Shown here in pieces: positions 1 through 11,058 of a DNA stretch of 64,000 bases. Under the pieces are notes generated by a model that saw only the letters and a list, made by a program, of their open reading frames with translations, searched no databases and had not been told where the DNA came from. How positions within the stretch are numbered: position 1 is the first letter of the stretch; each line of letters opens with the position of its first letter. The position numbers were made by a program, and so were the translations under genes. Origin of the DNA: Longimicrobiales bacterium (GTDB lineage Bacteria; Gemmatimonadota; Gemmatimonadetes; Longimicrobiales; Gaopeijiaceae); contig JAWLHJ010000002.1 of the NCBI GenBank assembly GCA_041690395.1, positions 596,751-660,750 of the forward strand, written 5' to 3'.

Positions 1-75
1 ATGATCGGCCGGGAGCAACAACGCTCCCAGGGCGATCACCGCGGCGGTGAACACTCCGAACGGGTGTGGAGACAT
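1..75 (-). CDS. 5' end of a secreted protein, continuing beyond the left window edge
   Basis: ATG at 75 preceded by a GAGGAG RBS; reads MSPHPFGVFTAAVIALGALLLPADH, which resembles a signal peptide. Confidence 0.65.
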   Translation of the reverse strand, partial: MSPHPFGVFTAAVIALGALLLPADH

Positions 76-132
76 AACACGACTCCTCGTGGTTCGTGAC
101 AGGACCCCGCGCTTGCCACGTAGGGTGGAACT

Positions 133-151
133 AAGGATCAGCCTAATCTAA
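133..151. promoter_or_regulatory. Putative DtxR/IdeR-like metal-repressor operator
   Basis: Minus strand TTAGATTAGGCTGATCCTT matches about 14/19 positions of consensus TWAGGTWAGSCTWACCTWA; AT-rich patch in GC-rich DNA. Confidence 0.45.
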
Positions 152-225
152 TGAGGCCATACCCCACGGCCCGATCTCCGCGCGCCGACGGGGCGACACG
201 GTGGGGGTTTCTAGGGTACTGGCCG

Positions 226-255
226 AATGTAGGGGCCTTCCCGCCAGGTTGTCAA
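226..255 (-). promoter_or_regulatory. Sigma70-type promoter for the leftward gene
   Basis: TTGACA-N18-TACATT on the minus strand, with a T-rich tract upstream. Confidence 0.6.
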
Positions 256-282
256 AGAAAAAAAGCGCCCCGACCCCATGCC

Positions 283-2802
283 TCAGACCCCTTCCGCCCA
301 TCGGGTCCACGACCCGGCCGGACGTAGCAGCGTGGCCCGCACGCAGTCGGCCAGAACCCCCGCGGCCGTGACGTCGTATCCGGCGCCCGCGCCCCGCACG
401 ACGAGCGGATCGTCGTATCTGCGCGTCCGGAAAGCCACCAGGTTATGCGCGCCCCGGAGTCCGTGGCAGGGGTGCTCCGCCCCCACCTCCGCGACCCGCA
501 CGTGCGCGTCGTCCTGGGTCACGGTCGCCAGATGGCACAGCCTGGCCCCCTCGGCGACGGCGGCCTCCCGCATCGCCTCGAAGTGGTCGTCGACCTCCGG
601 CAGGCGCTCGAAGAACGTCTCGACCGTGCCTTCGTCCCAGCCGTCTCCGGGCAGGACCGGATCCAACCGCACCTGGGCCGGATCCAGCGGCCATCCCGAC
701 TCTCGAGCGAGGATCACGAGCTTGCGCAGCACGTCCTGGCCCGACAGGTCCTCACGCGGATCGGGCTCCGTGTACCCTCGCGCCCGTGCTTCCGCGACGA
801 CCTCGCTGAAGCGGCGGCCCTCCATGACCTCGTTGAAGAGGAAGGACAGGGTGCCCGACACGACGCCCTCGATCGAGACGATGTGGTCGCCGGTGGCGCG
901 CAGGTCTTCGAGCGTGGACAGAATCGGAAGCCCCGCGCCGACGGTGGTCTCGAGGAACGCCCGCGCCTGACCCGGCCTCGGCTCGCGCACCCGTCGGTAC
1001 AGGTCGTAGGAGCCGGAGAAGCCGCGCTTGTTGGCCGCCACGACCGAGACACCGGCGTCCAGCAGCTCACGATATCGCTCGGGAAGGGCCCCGTCCGCCG
1101 TCACGTCCACGAAGATCCGGAGCGCCGCCCGGTCGTCGCGTGCGGCGTCGATCAGCGCTCGGCTCGGTGCCTCCGACGCATCGAGCCGCTCGAGCACGTC
1201 TTCGACCGCAATCCCGTCGGCCGAAGTCACGCTGTGACGCGAGTTCGCCGCGCCCGCGAGGCAGAGCGCCACGCCACGCTCGGCTTCGAGGTCCGTCGAG
1301 GCCTCGCGGATCTGCGACAGGAGCGCCCGGCCGACCCCACCCACACCCGCCAGGTAGATGCGGGCCTCGGTCTTCGGGCTCGGGAAGAACGTCGTATGGA
1401 GCCCCCGGAGCGCCCGGCCCACGTCCGCCTGGTCCACGACCAGGGAGATGTTCAGCTCCGAGGAGCCCTGCGCGATGGCGTGGACGTTGATCCCGAGGTC
1501 CCCGAGGATCGAGAAGAGCCTGCCGGCGATCCCCGGAGTGCTACGCATCCCTTCCCCGACGGCCGCGATGACGGCCCGGTCCTCGTCCACGAAGAGGTCC
1601 TCGACGAGGCCGACGCGCCGCTCGAGCGCGAACTCCTCCTGGACCGCCCTCCGGACGAGGGGGAGCGCCGAGGGCTCGACGGCGAAGCAGATGGAGTGCT
1701 CGCTCGACGCCTGACTGATCAGGATGAGGTTCACGCGCCGCGCCGCGAGCGCCTCGAAGAGCCGCGCCGCGATCCCCGGGACCCCGACCATGCCGTCGCC
1801 CTCGAACCGGACGAGCGCGACGCTTGAGATCGAGGAGATCCCCCGCACCGGCCGGTCGTCGACCGGCACGCCTTCGAATCCGACCCAGGTGCCGCCGAAG
1901 TCCGGGGCGAGCGCGTTGCGAATGAGGAGCGGGATCCTCCCTTCGCGAGCCGGATGGACCGACGGCGCGTGCACGACCTTCGCGCCGAAGTGGGAGAGCT
2001 CGAGCAGCTCCTTGTACGTGAGGGACTGCAGGGAGAAGGCGTCCGGCACGAGGCGGGGGTCGGCGCTCATGACGCCGTCCACGTCCGTCCAGAGATCGAT
2101 GCGGTCGGCGTCGACCATCGAGCCGATGAGCGAAGCCGTGTAGTCGGAGCCGCCGCGGCCGAGCGTCGTCGTCTCGCCTCGCGGGGTCGCGGCCACGAAG
2201 CCCGGCACGACCGGCAGCCCCTCGACCCGCGCCAGCCGCTCGACGACCCGGGGGGTGGAGCGCGCCAGGTCCACGCGGGCGCAGCCGAACGTGTCGTCGG
2301 TGACCAGAAGGTCCTCTGCGGGCACCGCCTCGGCGGGCATTCCGGCCGCGCGGAGGGCCGCGGCGACCACCAGGCTCGACACCCGCTCCCCGAGCGCGAG
2401 AATCCGGTCCAGCATGCGGGGCGTGCACTCCCGAACCAGCTCGATCCCGCCGAGAACGTCCCGGACCTCGTTCGTCCACCGGGTCATCGTGGCGGCGAGC
2501 GCGCCCCGCTCGGCGTCGGGCGCGCAGGCGCCCAGGATCTCGCGATGCTTCGCGGCGACCCGGTCGAGCACCGCGCGACCGCCCGAGCCCCTTTCCGCGG
2601 CGCGGGCCGCCTCGTCGAGCAGCTCGGTGACGCCGGCGAACGCGGACACCACGACGACGAAGCGCAGGTCGGGCGCGGAGGCTCGTTCCTCGCGGACGAT
2701 CTCCACGGCTCTCCGGACACGCGCCGCGTCGGCGATGGCCCCGCCGCCGAACTTGAGGACTCTGTGGGATCCGGCTTTATCGGATGGGTCTGCTGTGGTC
2801 AT
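283..2802 (-). CDS. thrA: Bifunctional aspartokinase/homoserine dehydrogenase
   Basis: VLKFGG, TTLGRGGSDYTAS, WTDVDGV, ACT domains (LISQASSEHSI, IAQGSSELNIS), GVGGVG Rossmann motif, ETTVGAGLP, GYTEPDPREDLSG; start placed at MTTADP. Confidence 0.93.
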   Translation of the reverse strand: MTTADPSDKAGSHRVLKFGGGAIADAARVRRAVEIVREERASAPDLRFVVVVSAFAGVTELLDEAARAAERGSGGRAVLDRVAAKHREILGACAPDAERGALAATMTRWTNEVRDVLGGIELVRECTPRMLDRILALGERVSSLVVAAALRAAGMPAEAVPAEDLLVTDDTFGCARVDLARSTPRVVERLARVEGLPVVPGFVAATPRGETTTLGRGGSDYTASLIGSMVDADRIDLWTDVDGVMSADPRLVPDAFSLQSLTYKELLELSHFGAKVVHAPSVHPAREGRIPLLIRNALAPDFGGTWVGFEGVPVDDRPVRGISSISSVALVRFEGDGMVGVPGIAARLFEALAARRVNLILISQASSEHSICFAVEPSALPLVRRAVQEEFALERRVGLVEDLFVDEDRAVIAAVGEGMRSTPGIAGRLFSILGDLGINVHAIAQGSSELNISLVVDQADVGRALRGLHTTFFPSPKTEARIYLAGVGGVGRALLSQIREASTDLEAERGVALCLAGAANSRHSVTSADGIAVEDVLERLDASEAPSRALIDAARDDRAALRIFVDVTADGALPERYRELLDAGVSVVAANKRGFSGSYDLYRRVREPRPGQARAFLETTVGAGLPILSTLEDLRATGDHIVSIEGVVSGTLSFLFNEVMEGRRFSEVVAEARARGYTEPDPREDLSGQDVLRKLVILARESGWPLDPAQVRLDPVLPGDGWDEGTVETFFERLPEVDDHFEAMREAAVAEGARLCHLATVTQDDAHVRVAEVGAEHPCHGLRGAHNLVAFRTRRYDDPLVVRGAGAGYDVTAAGVLADCVRATLLRPAGSWTRWAEGV

Positions 2803-2994
2803 GATCCATGGTGCCCGCGGTGCGGGAGCGCGCGCGAGTGCTGCGGTACGGGATGAGCGGAAAGCTCGAAAGCTAGTCCCTCTGCCGGTGTGGCAAAGCG
2901 CCCCTCGCGGGTGGCCGTGGCCGGTCGGGGGTGGCGCGTGGCTTCCGTGCTGACATTCTTTCTGGGCGAACAACCCCCAACAAGGACGAGCACG

Positions 2995-3513
2995 ATGGCA
3001 GGCGCGGCGTTCCCCAACCTCCACGGCGATGCGGACCCCAGGGTCGGCGTCGTGTTCGGCAGCGCGTCGGACTGGCCCACCATGCGGATCGCCACCGAAG
3101 TGCTCGACTCGTTCGGCATCCCGACCGAGTACGGCGTCGTCTCGGCGCATCGCACGCCCGACCGTCTGCGCGACTACGCCAAAGGCGCGGCCGGGCGCGG
3201 CCTCCGCGTGATCATTGCCGGCGCGGGCGGGGCGGCCCACCTGCCCGGCATGCTGGCCGCCTGGACCATCCTTCCGGTGCTGGGCGTCCCGGTCGAGAGT
3301 CGGAAGATGAAGGGCATCGACTCGCTCTATTCCATCGTGCAGATGCCGGGAGGGGTGCCCGTCGGCACGCTCGCGATCGGGGAGTCGGGCGCCAAGAACG
3401 CCGCGCTGCTCGCGGCCAGGATCCTGGCGCTGACGGACCCAGAGCTGGCCGAGCGACTGACCCGCTTCCATGCCGAGCAGGCGGAATCGTCCGTCACCGC
3501 GGAGCTGAAGTGA
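2995..3513 (+). CDS. purE: N5-carboxyaminoimidazole ribonucleotide mutase
   Basis: [37 protein letters not shown]. Confidence 0.97.
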   Translation: MAGAAFPNLHGDADPRVGVVFGSASDWPTMRIATEVLDSFGIPTEYGVVSAHRTPDRLRDYAKGAAGRGLRVIIAGAGGAAHLPGMLAAWTILPVLGVPVESRKMKGIDSLYSIVQMPGGVPVGTLAIGESGAKNAALLAARILALTDPELAERLTRFHAEQAESSVTAELK

Positions 3514-4667
3514 CCGAGCCCATCCTGCCGGGTGCGACGCTCGGCGTGCTCGGCGGCGGACAGCTCGGGCGCATGTTCGCCGCCGCGGCGAAGCGCATGG
3601 GGTACCGGGTGGCCGTGCTGGCCCCCGGTGAGGACGGCCCCACGGCGCAGCTCGCCGACCTGGTCTTCTCCGCGGCCTACGATGATCTGGACGCCGTCGA
3701 GCGGTTCGCGCGGGCCTCGGACGCCGTCACGCTAGAGTTCGAGAACGTCCCCACCGCGGCGGCCGAGATGGCCGCGCGCCACGCTCCGGTCCGGCCGTCG
3801 GGCCAGGTCCTCCACGCGACCCAGAACCGGCTCCGGGAGCGGGAGCTGCTCGACCGGCTCGCCCTCCCGTCCGCCCGCCACGCGCCCGTGCGGACCGAGG
3901 CCGATCTCGAAGAGGCGGTGCGGCGAGTAGGTGTCCCGGCCGTCCTGAAGTCGGCCTCCACGGGATACGACGGGAAGGGTCAGCGGAAGGTGGATCGTGC
4001 GGAGGACGCCCTCGCGCTCTGGGACGAGCTGGGGCGCCAGCCGTGCCTCTACGAGGCGTTCGTGCCGTTCGAGGTCGAGCTCTCGGTGGTCGGCGCCCGG
4101 GGCCACGACGGAGCCCTCGCGCTCTACGAGCCGTCGCGCAACGACCACGTCGACCACATTCTGGATGTCAGCGTCGTGCCCGGCGGCTTCACCGACGGGG
4201 TCGTCACCCGCGCCCGCGAGCTGGCCGCCGCGGTGTTCGAGGGACTCGAGCTCGTCGGGGTCGCGTGCGTCGAGATGTTCCTGCTCGAGGACGGCTCGCT
4301 CCTGGTGAACGAGATCGCGCCCCGCCCGCACAACTCCGGCCACCTCACCATCGAGGCGGCGGCGACCAGCCAGTTCGAGGCTCAGGTCCGCGCGCTCGCC
4401 GGCCTTCCGCTGGGCGCCACGGAGCGGCTCGCGGGAGGCGCGGCGATGGTGAACCTGCTCGGAGACCTCTGGCTGGACGGCGCGCCCGACTGGGCGGCCG
4501 CGCTCGCCCACCCGGCCGTCCGGCTCCACCTGTACGGGAAGGACGACGCGCGGCCGGGCCGGAAGATGGGGCACCTCACCGCCACGGCCGACACCGCCGA
4601 GGAGGCCGAGCGTCGCGTGCGGGCCGCTCGGGCCGCGCTCACCGGGTCGGCGATCCGGTCCGGCTGA
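3510..4667 (+). CDS. purK: N5-carboxyaminoimidazole ribonucleotide synthase
   Basis: [44 protein letters not shown] start overlaps the purE stop (GTGA). Confidence 0.96.
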   Translation: MTEPILPGATLGVLGGGQLGRMFAAAAKRMGYRVAVLAPGEDGPTAQLADLVFSAAYDDLDAVERFARASDAVTLEFENVPTAAAEMAARHAPVRPSGQVLHATQNRLRERELLDRLALPSARHAPVRTEADLEEAVRRVGVPAVLKSASTGYDGKGQRKVDRAEDALALWDELGRQPCLYEAFVPFEVELSVVGARGHDGALALYEPSRNDHVDHILDVSVVPGGFTDGVVTRARELAAAVFEGLELVGVACVEMFLLEDGSLLVNEIAPRPHNSGHLTIEAAATSQFEAQVRALAGLPLGATERLAGGAAMVNLLGDLWLDGAPDWAAALAHPAVRLHLYGKDDARPGRKMGHLTATADTAEEAERRVRAARAALTGSAIRSG

Positions 4668-4668
4668 A

Positions 4669-4711
4669 AGCGAAGAGGGCCCCGGGGCGTGACGCCCCGG
4701 GGCCCTTCGCT
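4669..4711. terminator. GC-rich hairpin between convergent genes
   Basis: AGCGAAG(A)GGGCCCCGGGGCGT ... ACGCCCCGGGGCCCTTCGCT inverted repeat directly after the purK stop. Confidence 0.7.
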
Positions 4712-4771
4712 CTGTCCTTGTCCGACCTTTCCGGAAGCGCGGCGCTCGAGCCGCGGCGCTCCGGCCCACGG

Positions 4772-5257
4772 TCAGCGATCCCAGACGATCCAGTACTGGT
4801 CGATGTCGTCGTCCGTCGTTCCGAGCTCTTCGTCGCCGGCCGGCAGATCGTTCAGCTGGAAGATGTAGGTCATCACGTCGGTGACCTGCTGGCGCGAGAG
4901 GCTCCACGGATTGTCGTAGGGCATCCGGTCGTTGATGTAGTACCAGAGCTGGAACGTCGACTGGTCGGTCCAGCGCCCCTGGAACGCAGGCTCCGTCCAG
5001 TCCTCGGTGTCGTGGCACTCGGCGCACAGCTCCTGGAACACCTCTTCGCCCCGCTGGGCCTGGGCGACCGTGTAGATGGCGTCCATGGTCGAGGGCTCCT
5101 CGGTCGAGGTCTCGGCGGCGGCGGGCTCCGGCTGAGCCGTCTCGGCCGGTGCCGGGGCGGGCGCGGGCGCTTCCACGGCAGGCTGCGATCCGGAGGAGCA
5201 CGCCGCGAGAAGAGCCAGGGCGAGGAATCCACCCGTCGCGAAAGAGGTCCTGAGCAT
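4772..5257 (-). CDS. Monoheme cytochrome c lipoprotein
   Basis: Lipobox LAAC, Pro/Ala/Glu linker, CAECH heme motif, distal Met in DRMP. Confidence 0.85.
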   Translation of the reverse strand: MLRTSFATGGFLALALLAACSSGSQPAVEAPAPAPAPAETAQPEPAAAETSTEEPSTMDAIYTVAQAQRGEEVFQELCAECHDTEDWTEPAFQGRWTDQSTFQLWYYINDRMPYDNPWSLSRQQVTDVMTYIFQLNDLPAGDEELGTTDDDIDQYWIVWDR

Positions 5258-5531
5258 TGATCGATCGTCCTGAGTTTTGGGTCCGCTGGGCGCCGACACT
5301 CTCGGCACGCTCCTGAGCCCGCGGGGGCGCGGAAAGCTCGGGAATATGCCTACTCCCGGCCGGATCGGGGGTTCCAGGGCCACCGTCCGACCCCGCCCGG
5401 GCGCTCCAGTCGCGGGGCGCAGCGTGGACGCCCGGCGCTCGGCCCGTGAGATTCCACGCTTCGAACGGCACCGAACAACCGCCGAGTCCCTCCCGGCTCG
5501 CCGCGGCGTTCCCCGAGCGAGGGATGCAGCG

Positions 5532-6245
5532 ATGGCGACATCCGAGACGATCCTGGAGGCCAGGGACCTCTCCAAGATCTACGACATGGGCTCCGTGCAG
5601 GTACACGCCCTCCGCTCGGTCGACTTCGAGCTGAAGAGCGGAGAGCTCCTGGTCCTGCTCGGGGCGTCGGGAAGTGGGAAGTCCACGCTCCTGAACATCA
5701 TCGGCGGGCTCGACCGCCCCTCATCCGGAACGCTGCGGTATCGTGACCATGACCTCTCCGTCGCGGACGACGAGGACCTCACGCTCTATCGGCGGCGCTA
5801 CGTCGGCTTCGTCTTCCAGCTCTACAACCTGATCCCCAGCCTGACCGCCCGGGAGAACGTCGCCCTGGTCAGCGAGATCGCCGAGCGTCCCATGAACCCG
5901 GCCGACGCGCTCGCTCTCGTCGGCCTCGAGGAGCGGCTCGATCACTTCCCCGCGCAGCTGTCGGGTGGCGAGCAGCAGCGCGTGGCGATCGCCCGCGCCG
6001 TGGCCAAGCAGCCGGAGCTGCTGCTCTGCGACGAGCCGACGGGAGCCCTCGACGCGGAGACCGGGAAGCTCGTCCTGAGAGTCCTCGACCAGGTGAACCG
6101 CGAGACCCGGACGACCACCGCGATCATCACCCACAACGTGGCCATCGCGGCCATGGGAGACCGCGTCGTCCACATGAGCAGCGGTGAGATCACGGAGACG
6201 ACCGAGAACGCGGAGCGGGCGTCCCTGGAGGAGATCAGCTGGTGA
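5532..6245 (+). CDS. ABC transporter ATP-binding protein (LolD/MacB-like)
   Basis: GASGSGKST Walker [10 protein letters not shown] signature, LLLCDEPT Walker B. Confidence 0.95.
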   Translation: MATSETILEARDLSKIYDMGSVQVHALRSVDFELKSGELLVLLGASGSGKSTLLNIIGGLDRPSSGTLRYRDHDLSVADDEDLTLYRRRYVGFVFQLYNLIPSLTARENVALVSEIAERPMNPADALALVGLEERLDHFPAQLSGGEQQRVAIARAVAKQPELLLCDEPTGALDAETGKLVLRVLDQVNRETRTTTAIITHNVAIAAMGDRVVHMSSGEITETTENAERASLEEISW

Positions 6246-8614
6246 GGTTCGGACGCACCCTCGACGTCAAGATGATGCGCGAGATCTGGCGCCTCCGCGC
6301 GCAGCTCGTGTCCATCGGGCTGGTCGTCGCGACCGGGGTCGTCACCGTCGTCTCCATGCGCGGGACGTACGAGTCGCTGGTGGTGGCCCGGGACGGCTAC
6401 TACCGGAGCGCCCGCCTGGCCGACGTCTGGTCGAGCCTGGAGCGGGCTCCGGTGTCCGCCCGCGACCGGATTCTCGAGATCCCCGGCGTGAGCGCCGTTT
6501 CGACGAGGGTGTCGGCCTACGCGACCCTCGACCTTCCCTGGCTCGACGCCCCGGGGATGGGGCTGTTCGTATCCCTGCCCGACGACGGGCCGCCGGCTCT
6601 CAACCGGATCCACCTGACCCGCGGACGCGAGCTCGCTCCCGGGCGGTCGACCGAAGCCATCGTGGGCGAGGCGTTCTTCCTGGCGAACGACCTTTCCCTG
6701 GGGGATACCATCTCCGCCGTCCTGAACGGGCAGGCGACGGACCTCGTCATCGTGGGTGCCGCCATCTCCCCCGAGCATTCGTACTCGGTACCCCCGGGGG
6801 CCCTCTACCCCGACGACGAGCGCTATGCGGTCTTCTGGATGAGCGAATCGGCGCTGGCGCCCACGCTCGATGCCGAGGAGGCGTTCACCGAGGTCGCGCT
6901 GACGCTGTCTCCGGGAGCTGGGGAGGCGCAGGTCATCCGCAGTCTGAATCGCGTGCTGGAGCCGTACGGCGGGCTCGGCGCGTACGGGCGGGACCGGCAG
7001 ATGTCGGTTCAGATCGTGGCCGACGAGATCGCCCAGAACCGCACGACCGGCACCGTCGTGCCGGCGGTCTTCCTCGGTGTCGCCGCCTTCCTTCTGAACC
7101 TGGTGCTCGGTCGGCTCATCTCGACGCAGCGCACGGAGATCGGGACGCTCAAGGCGTTCGGGTACACGCAGCGCGAGGTCGGGTGGCACTACCTCAGCTA
7201 CGCCCTGGTCGCCGTCGGAATCGGGACCGTGCTCGGGGCGGTGGGCGGTGCCTGGACCGGCGCCGCGATGGTCGAGCTCTACGCCGACTTCTTCCGGTTC
7301 CCAGACCTCGAGTACCGGCTCTCCCCGACCCTGATCCTGATCGGGGGGATGGTGAGCCTGGCGGCCGCGCTGGGTGGCGGTTGGACCGCGGTCCGGCGCG
7401 CAACCCGCCTGACACCGGCCGAGGCGATGCGTCCGGAGCCGCCGGCGCGCTTCGAGCCCGGGTGGCTGGAGCGTGCGGGGCTCGGGAACGCGCTTCCCAC
7501 CGGAGGGCGACTCGTGCTGCGCAACCTGGAACGCCGTCCCCTGAGGAACGCGGTCTCCATGCTGGGGATCGCGTTCTCGGTCGCGATCCTCGTCGTGGGC
7601 GCGTTCATGTTCGACGGCGTCAACCGGCTCATGGAGCTCCAGTTCTCGGTCGCGCAGCGCGAGGACCTCTCGGTGTCCTTCAACCAGCCCCGGAGCCGCG
7701 CGGCGATCCTCGAGCTGGCCGGCCTGGAGGGTGTCGGCCGGGTCGAGCCGTACCACGCCGTGCCGGTCCGTCTCCGGGTGGGCCACCGTCAACGCGAGAC
7801 CTCCCTCACCGGCCTCGTCCCCGGCGCCGAGCTGCGCCGGATCGTGGGCGAGGACGGCAGGTCCCGACCGCTTCCGCTCGAAGGCGTGGTGCTGAGCTCC
7901 TTCGTCGCCGAGGCGCTGGCCGTCCGTCCGGGCGACGACGTGTCGGTCGAAGTGCTGACGGGGCGGCGGGCGACGGGCGTGCTGCGGGTGGCGAGCGTGG
8001 TGGACGACTTCCTGGGCGCGTCCGCGTGGGTGACGCTCGACGTGCTCGACGCCCTCACTGGAGAGGGGGCGCTCCGATCGGGTGCGTATCTGCTGGTGGA
8101 CGAGGCGCGGGAGGACGAGATCAACCGTACGCTCAAGCGCACCCCGGCGGTCGCGAGCGTGATCTCTCCGGGCACCATGCTCGACTCCTTCCGTGAGCAG
8201 CTGGAAGGGTCGCTCCTGGTGAGCGTGGCGTTCATGCTCGGCTTCGCGGGGATCATCTCGGTGGCGGTCGTCTACAACGGGACGCGCATCGCGCTCTCGG
8301 AGCGGGGGCGTGAGCTCGCGTCGCTACGCGTGCTCGGCTTCACCCGCAAGGAAGTCGCGAGGCTGCTGCTCGGCGAGCAGGGGACGCTGACCGTCATCGC
8401 CATCCCGGTGGGGTGCGCCATCGGGTACGCCCTCGCCGCGCTGGTCCTCGCCGGACTCGAGTCGGAGACGTACCGGGTGCCTCTGGTGGTGAGCGCTCGC
8501 ACCTATCTGCTCGCCGGAGGCGCCACCCTTCTGTTCGCCGGCGTGAGCGGCTGGCTCGTTCGTCGGCGACTCGACCGCATCGACCTGATCTCCGTCCTGA
8601 AGACGAGGGAATGA
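6242..8614 (+). CDS. ABC transporter permease with duplicated FtsX/MacB domains
   Basis: [12 protein letters not shown] and [12 protein letters not shown] motifs, two TM clusters, translationally coupled to the ATPase. Confidence 0.92.
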   Translation: MRFGRTLDVKMMREIWRLRAQLVSIGLVVATGVVTVVSMRGTYESLVVARDGYYRSARLADVWSSLERAPVSARDRILEIPGVSAVSTRVSAYATLDLPWLDAPGMGLFVSLPDDGPPALNRIHLTRGRELAPGRSTEAIVGEAFFLANDLSLGDTISAVLNGQATDLVIVGAAISPEHSYSVPPGALYPDDERYAVFWMSESALAPTLDAEEAFTEVALTLSPGAGEAQVIRSLNRVLEPYGGLGAYGRDRQMSVQIVADEIAQNRTTGTVVPAVFLGVAAFLLNLVLGRLISTQRTEIGTLKAFGYTQREVGWHYLSYALVAVGIGTVLGAVGGAWTGAAMVELYADFFRFPDLEYRLSPTLILIGGMVSLAAALGGGWTAVRRATRLTPAEAMRPEPPARFEPGWLERAGLGNALPTGGRLVLRNLERRPLRNAVSMLGIAFSVAILVVGAFMFDGVNRLMELQFSVAQREDLSVSFNQPRSRAAILELAGLEGVGRVEPYHAVPVRLRVGHRQRETSLTGLVPGAELRRIVGEDGRSRPLPLEGVVLSSFVAEALAVRPGDDVSVEVLTGRRATGVLRVASVVDDFLGASAWVTLDVLDALTGEGALRSGAYLLVDEAREDEINRTLKRTPAVASVISPGTMLDSFREQLEGSLLVSVAFMLGFAGIISVAVVYNGTRIALSERGRELASLRVLGFTRKEVARLLLGEQGTLTVIAIPVGCAIGYALAALVLAGLESETYRVPLVVSARTYLLAGGATLLFAGVSGWLVRRRLDRIDLISVLKTRE

Positions 8615-8618
8615 CGAC

Positions 8619-9800
8619 ATGACGCTCAAAAAGCGATCCATCTTCATCGCGGGGGCGGCGCTGGCGGTGATCGCCGTGGGTTACGCGCTGCTCGGGAACG
8701 GCGGCGTCGAGGTCTCCGTGGAGGCCGTGACGCGCGATACCCTGAGCGTCTCCCTAGGGGTCGAAGGGCGGACGCGGGCCCGCGAGCTGTTCACCGTCGC
8801 GGCGCCCGTCCACGGGCAGCTGGCCCGCCTCGAGTTCGAGGAGGGCGACCCGGTCGAGGCCGGCGACGTCGTAGCGCGTATCCTCCCTTCCCTCGAGAAT
8901 CCGCGCACGCTGGCCACGCTCAGGGCGGACGTGGAGGCAGCCCGGGCGGCACAGCTCGAGGCCGGCGCCGCGGTCGCCCAGGCCGAGACCAGAGCGGAGC
9001 AGGCCGCCCGGGAAGCCGATCGCCGGACGGCGCTGGCCGAGGCCGAGCCCGGGTCGCTCAGCCGCGAGGCCGTCGAGCAGGCGGTCACCGCCGCGGACGT
9101 GGCGGCTCGCGAGCTCGAAGCCGCGCGGGCCATGCTCGACGCGTCGGAGGCGAGGCTCGCCGCGGCGCGTGCCCGGGTGTTGGGCGCGTCCGGCACATCG
9201 GATTCGGCCCCCGCGCTCGACGTCGTCGCGCCCGTGAGTGGACGGGTCCTCCGCATCCCGGACCGGAGCGAGCGGGCGGTCACCGCGGGTACGCCGCTCG
9301 TCGAGCTCGCGGACGTGCGTGGTCTCGAGCTCGTCTTCGACGTCCTCTCCGAGGATGCCGTGCGGATCGAGCCGGGCCAGGAGATCCTGGTGTCCGACTG
9401 GGGTGGCGACGAGGTGCTGGAGGGCCGCGTGCGGGCCGTCACCATGGCCGGGTACACCAAGGTCTCGGCGCTGGGCGTCGAGGAACAGCGAGTGGACGTG
9501 ATCGGGGACCTCGACGCCACGCCCGCCTCGCTCGGCGCCGAGTACCGGGTGGGCGGATCGATCGTCGTCTGGCGGGGAAGCGACGTGCTCACGGTGCCGA
9601 CCTCGGCGATCTTCCGGGACGCCGACGGGTGGGCGGTCTTCGCCGTGGAAAACGGACGCGCCCGCCTCCGCCCGGTCACGCTCGGGCGCCGCAACCCGGA
9701 GCGCGCGGAGTTGCTCGATGGGCTCGACCCCGGCAGCCTCGTGGTCGTTTTTCCGCCGTCCGATCTGACCGACGGAGCGAGCGTGCGGACGTCCGGCTGA
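8619..9800 (+). CDS. Periplasmic adaptor / membrane fusion protein (MacA/HlyD-like)
   Basis: N-terminal anchor, APVHG...APVSG lipoyl halves, Ala-rich coiled coil, VSALGVEEQRV, VPTSAIF. Confidence 0.9.
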   Translation: MTLKKRSIFIAGAALAVIAVGYALLGNGGVEVSVEAVTRDTLSVSLGVEGRTRARELFTVAAPVHGQLARLEFEEGDPVEAGDVVARILPSLENPRTLATLRADVEAARAAQLEAGAAVAQAETRAEQAAREADRRTALAEAEPGSLSREAVEQAVTAADVAARELEAARAMLDASEARLAAARARVLGASGTSDSAPALDVVAPVSGRVLRIPDRSERAVTAGTPLVELADVRGLELVFDVLSEDAVRIEPGQEILVSDWGGDEVLEGRVRAVTMAGYTKVSALGVEEQRVDVIGDLDATPASLGAEYRVGGSIVVWRGSDVLTVPTSAIFRDADGWAVFAVENGRARLRPVTLGRRNPERAELLDGLDPGSLVVVFPPSDLTDGASVRTSG

Positions 9801-9842
9801 ACCCGCGCACCGCCCACCCGACCCCCACGCATCGACGCATCC

Positions 9843-10880
9843 ATGGACATCGGCATCTACAGCTTCGGCGAGACCTCCTTCGACCCCGAGACCGGGCGCC
9901 AACTCGACCCGGGCGAGCGGCTCCGCAACCTGGTCGAGGAGATCGAGCTGGCGGACCAGGTCGGCCTGGACGTCTTCGGCGTGGGCGAGCATCACCGGGC
10001 GGACTACGCCGTTTCCGCGCCGGCGATCGTCCTCGCGGCCGCCGCGGCCCGGACCGAGTCGATCCGCCTCACGAGCGCGGTCTCCGTGTTGAGCTCGGAC
10101 GATCCGGTGCGCGTCTTCCAGCAGTTCGCGACACTCGACCACCTCTCGGCCGGCCGGGCCGAGATCATGGTCGGCCGCGGCTCGTTCACCGAGTCGTTCC
10201 CGCTCTTCGGATACGATCTCGGCCAGTACGACGCGCTCTTCAGCGAGAAGCTAGAACTCCTGCTCCGTCTCCGGGACGAGGAGCGGATCCGGTGGGAAGG
10301 GCGGCTCCGCCCGTCCATCCCCGACCGGCCTGTCTACCCGCGGCCAGCCCAGGACCCGCTCCCGATCTGGATCGCGGTGGGCGGGAACCCCCAGTCGGTG
10401 ATCCGGGCCGGCACGCTGGGGCTTCCGATGGCGCTCGCGATCATCGGAGGTCCACCCGAGCGGTTCCGCCCCATGGTGGAGCTCTACCGCGAGGCCGCGG
10501 ACCGGGCGGGTCACGACGCCCAGGCGCTTCCCGTGAGCATCAACGCGCACGGGTTCATCGCGGACTCCGACGACCACGCGGCGGATCTCTCCTTCCCGGC
10601 ATTCCACGACACGATGGGCCGGATCGGTCGCGAGCGGGGCTGGCCGCCGCCGACACGGGCGCAGTTCGACGCGGAGGCCGAGCTGAGGGGGGCCCACTTC
10701 GTCGGCGCGCCCGAGCGCATCGTGGAGAAGATGCTGTTCCAGCACCGTTTGTTCGGTCACCAGCGGTGTCTGATTCAACTCACCGTAGGGGTCTTGCCGC
10801 ACCGCGAGGTGCTGCGCGCCATCGAGCTGTTCGGCACGGAGGTGGCGCCCGTGGTTCGGAAGGAGCTCGGGGGCGGCTGA
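9843..10880 (+). CDS. LLM-class (luciferase-like) flavin-dependent oxidoreductase
   Basis: [45 protein letters not shown]. Confidence 0.92.
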   Translation: MDIGIYSFGETSFDPETGRQLDPGERLRNLVEEIELADQVGLDVFGVGEHHRADYAVSAPAIVLAAAAARTESIRLTSAVSVLSSDDPVRVFQQFATLDHLSAGRAEIMVGRGSFTESFPLFGYDLGQYDALFSEKLELLLRLRDEERIRWEGRLRPSIPDRPVYPRPAQDPLPIWIAVGGNPQSVIRAGTLGLPMALAIIGGPPERFRPMVELYREAADRAGHDAQALPVSINAHGFIADSDDHAADLSFPAFHDTMGRIGRERGWPPPTRAQFDAEAELRGAHFVGAPERIVEKMLFQHRLFGHQRCLIQLTVGVLPHREVLRAIELFGTEVAPVVRKELGGG

Positions 10881-11058
10881 GCGGAGGGCGGGGCCGAAGC
10901 ACACGCGGGGCGGGGCGAGCGCCGGGGTCGCGGGTCAGTGTCACCATGTGCACGGCCGCGGCCGCCGCGGGTATCAGGAAGGCACGCGGGCAGCGGAACA
11001 TGCCGGCCGTCCCGCCGTTTCATAGGTTCCGGTTCGTCACTCGAGCACGGAGGCACGC

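Noticed and set aside
2803..3471. 222-aa N-terminal extension of thrA in the ORF track
   Set aside because: It is the antisense of purE; aspartokinase similarity begins at VLKFGG just after Met 2802
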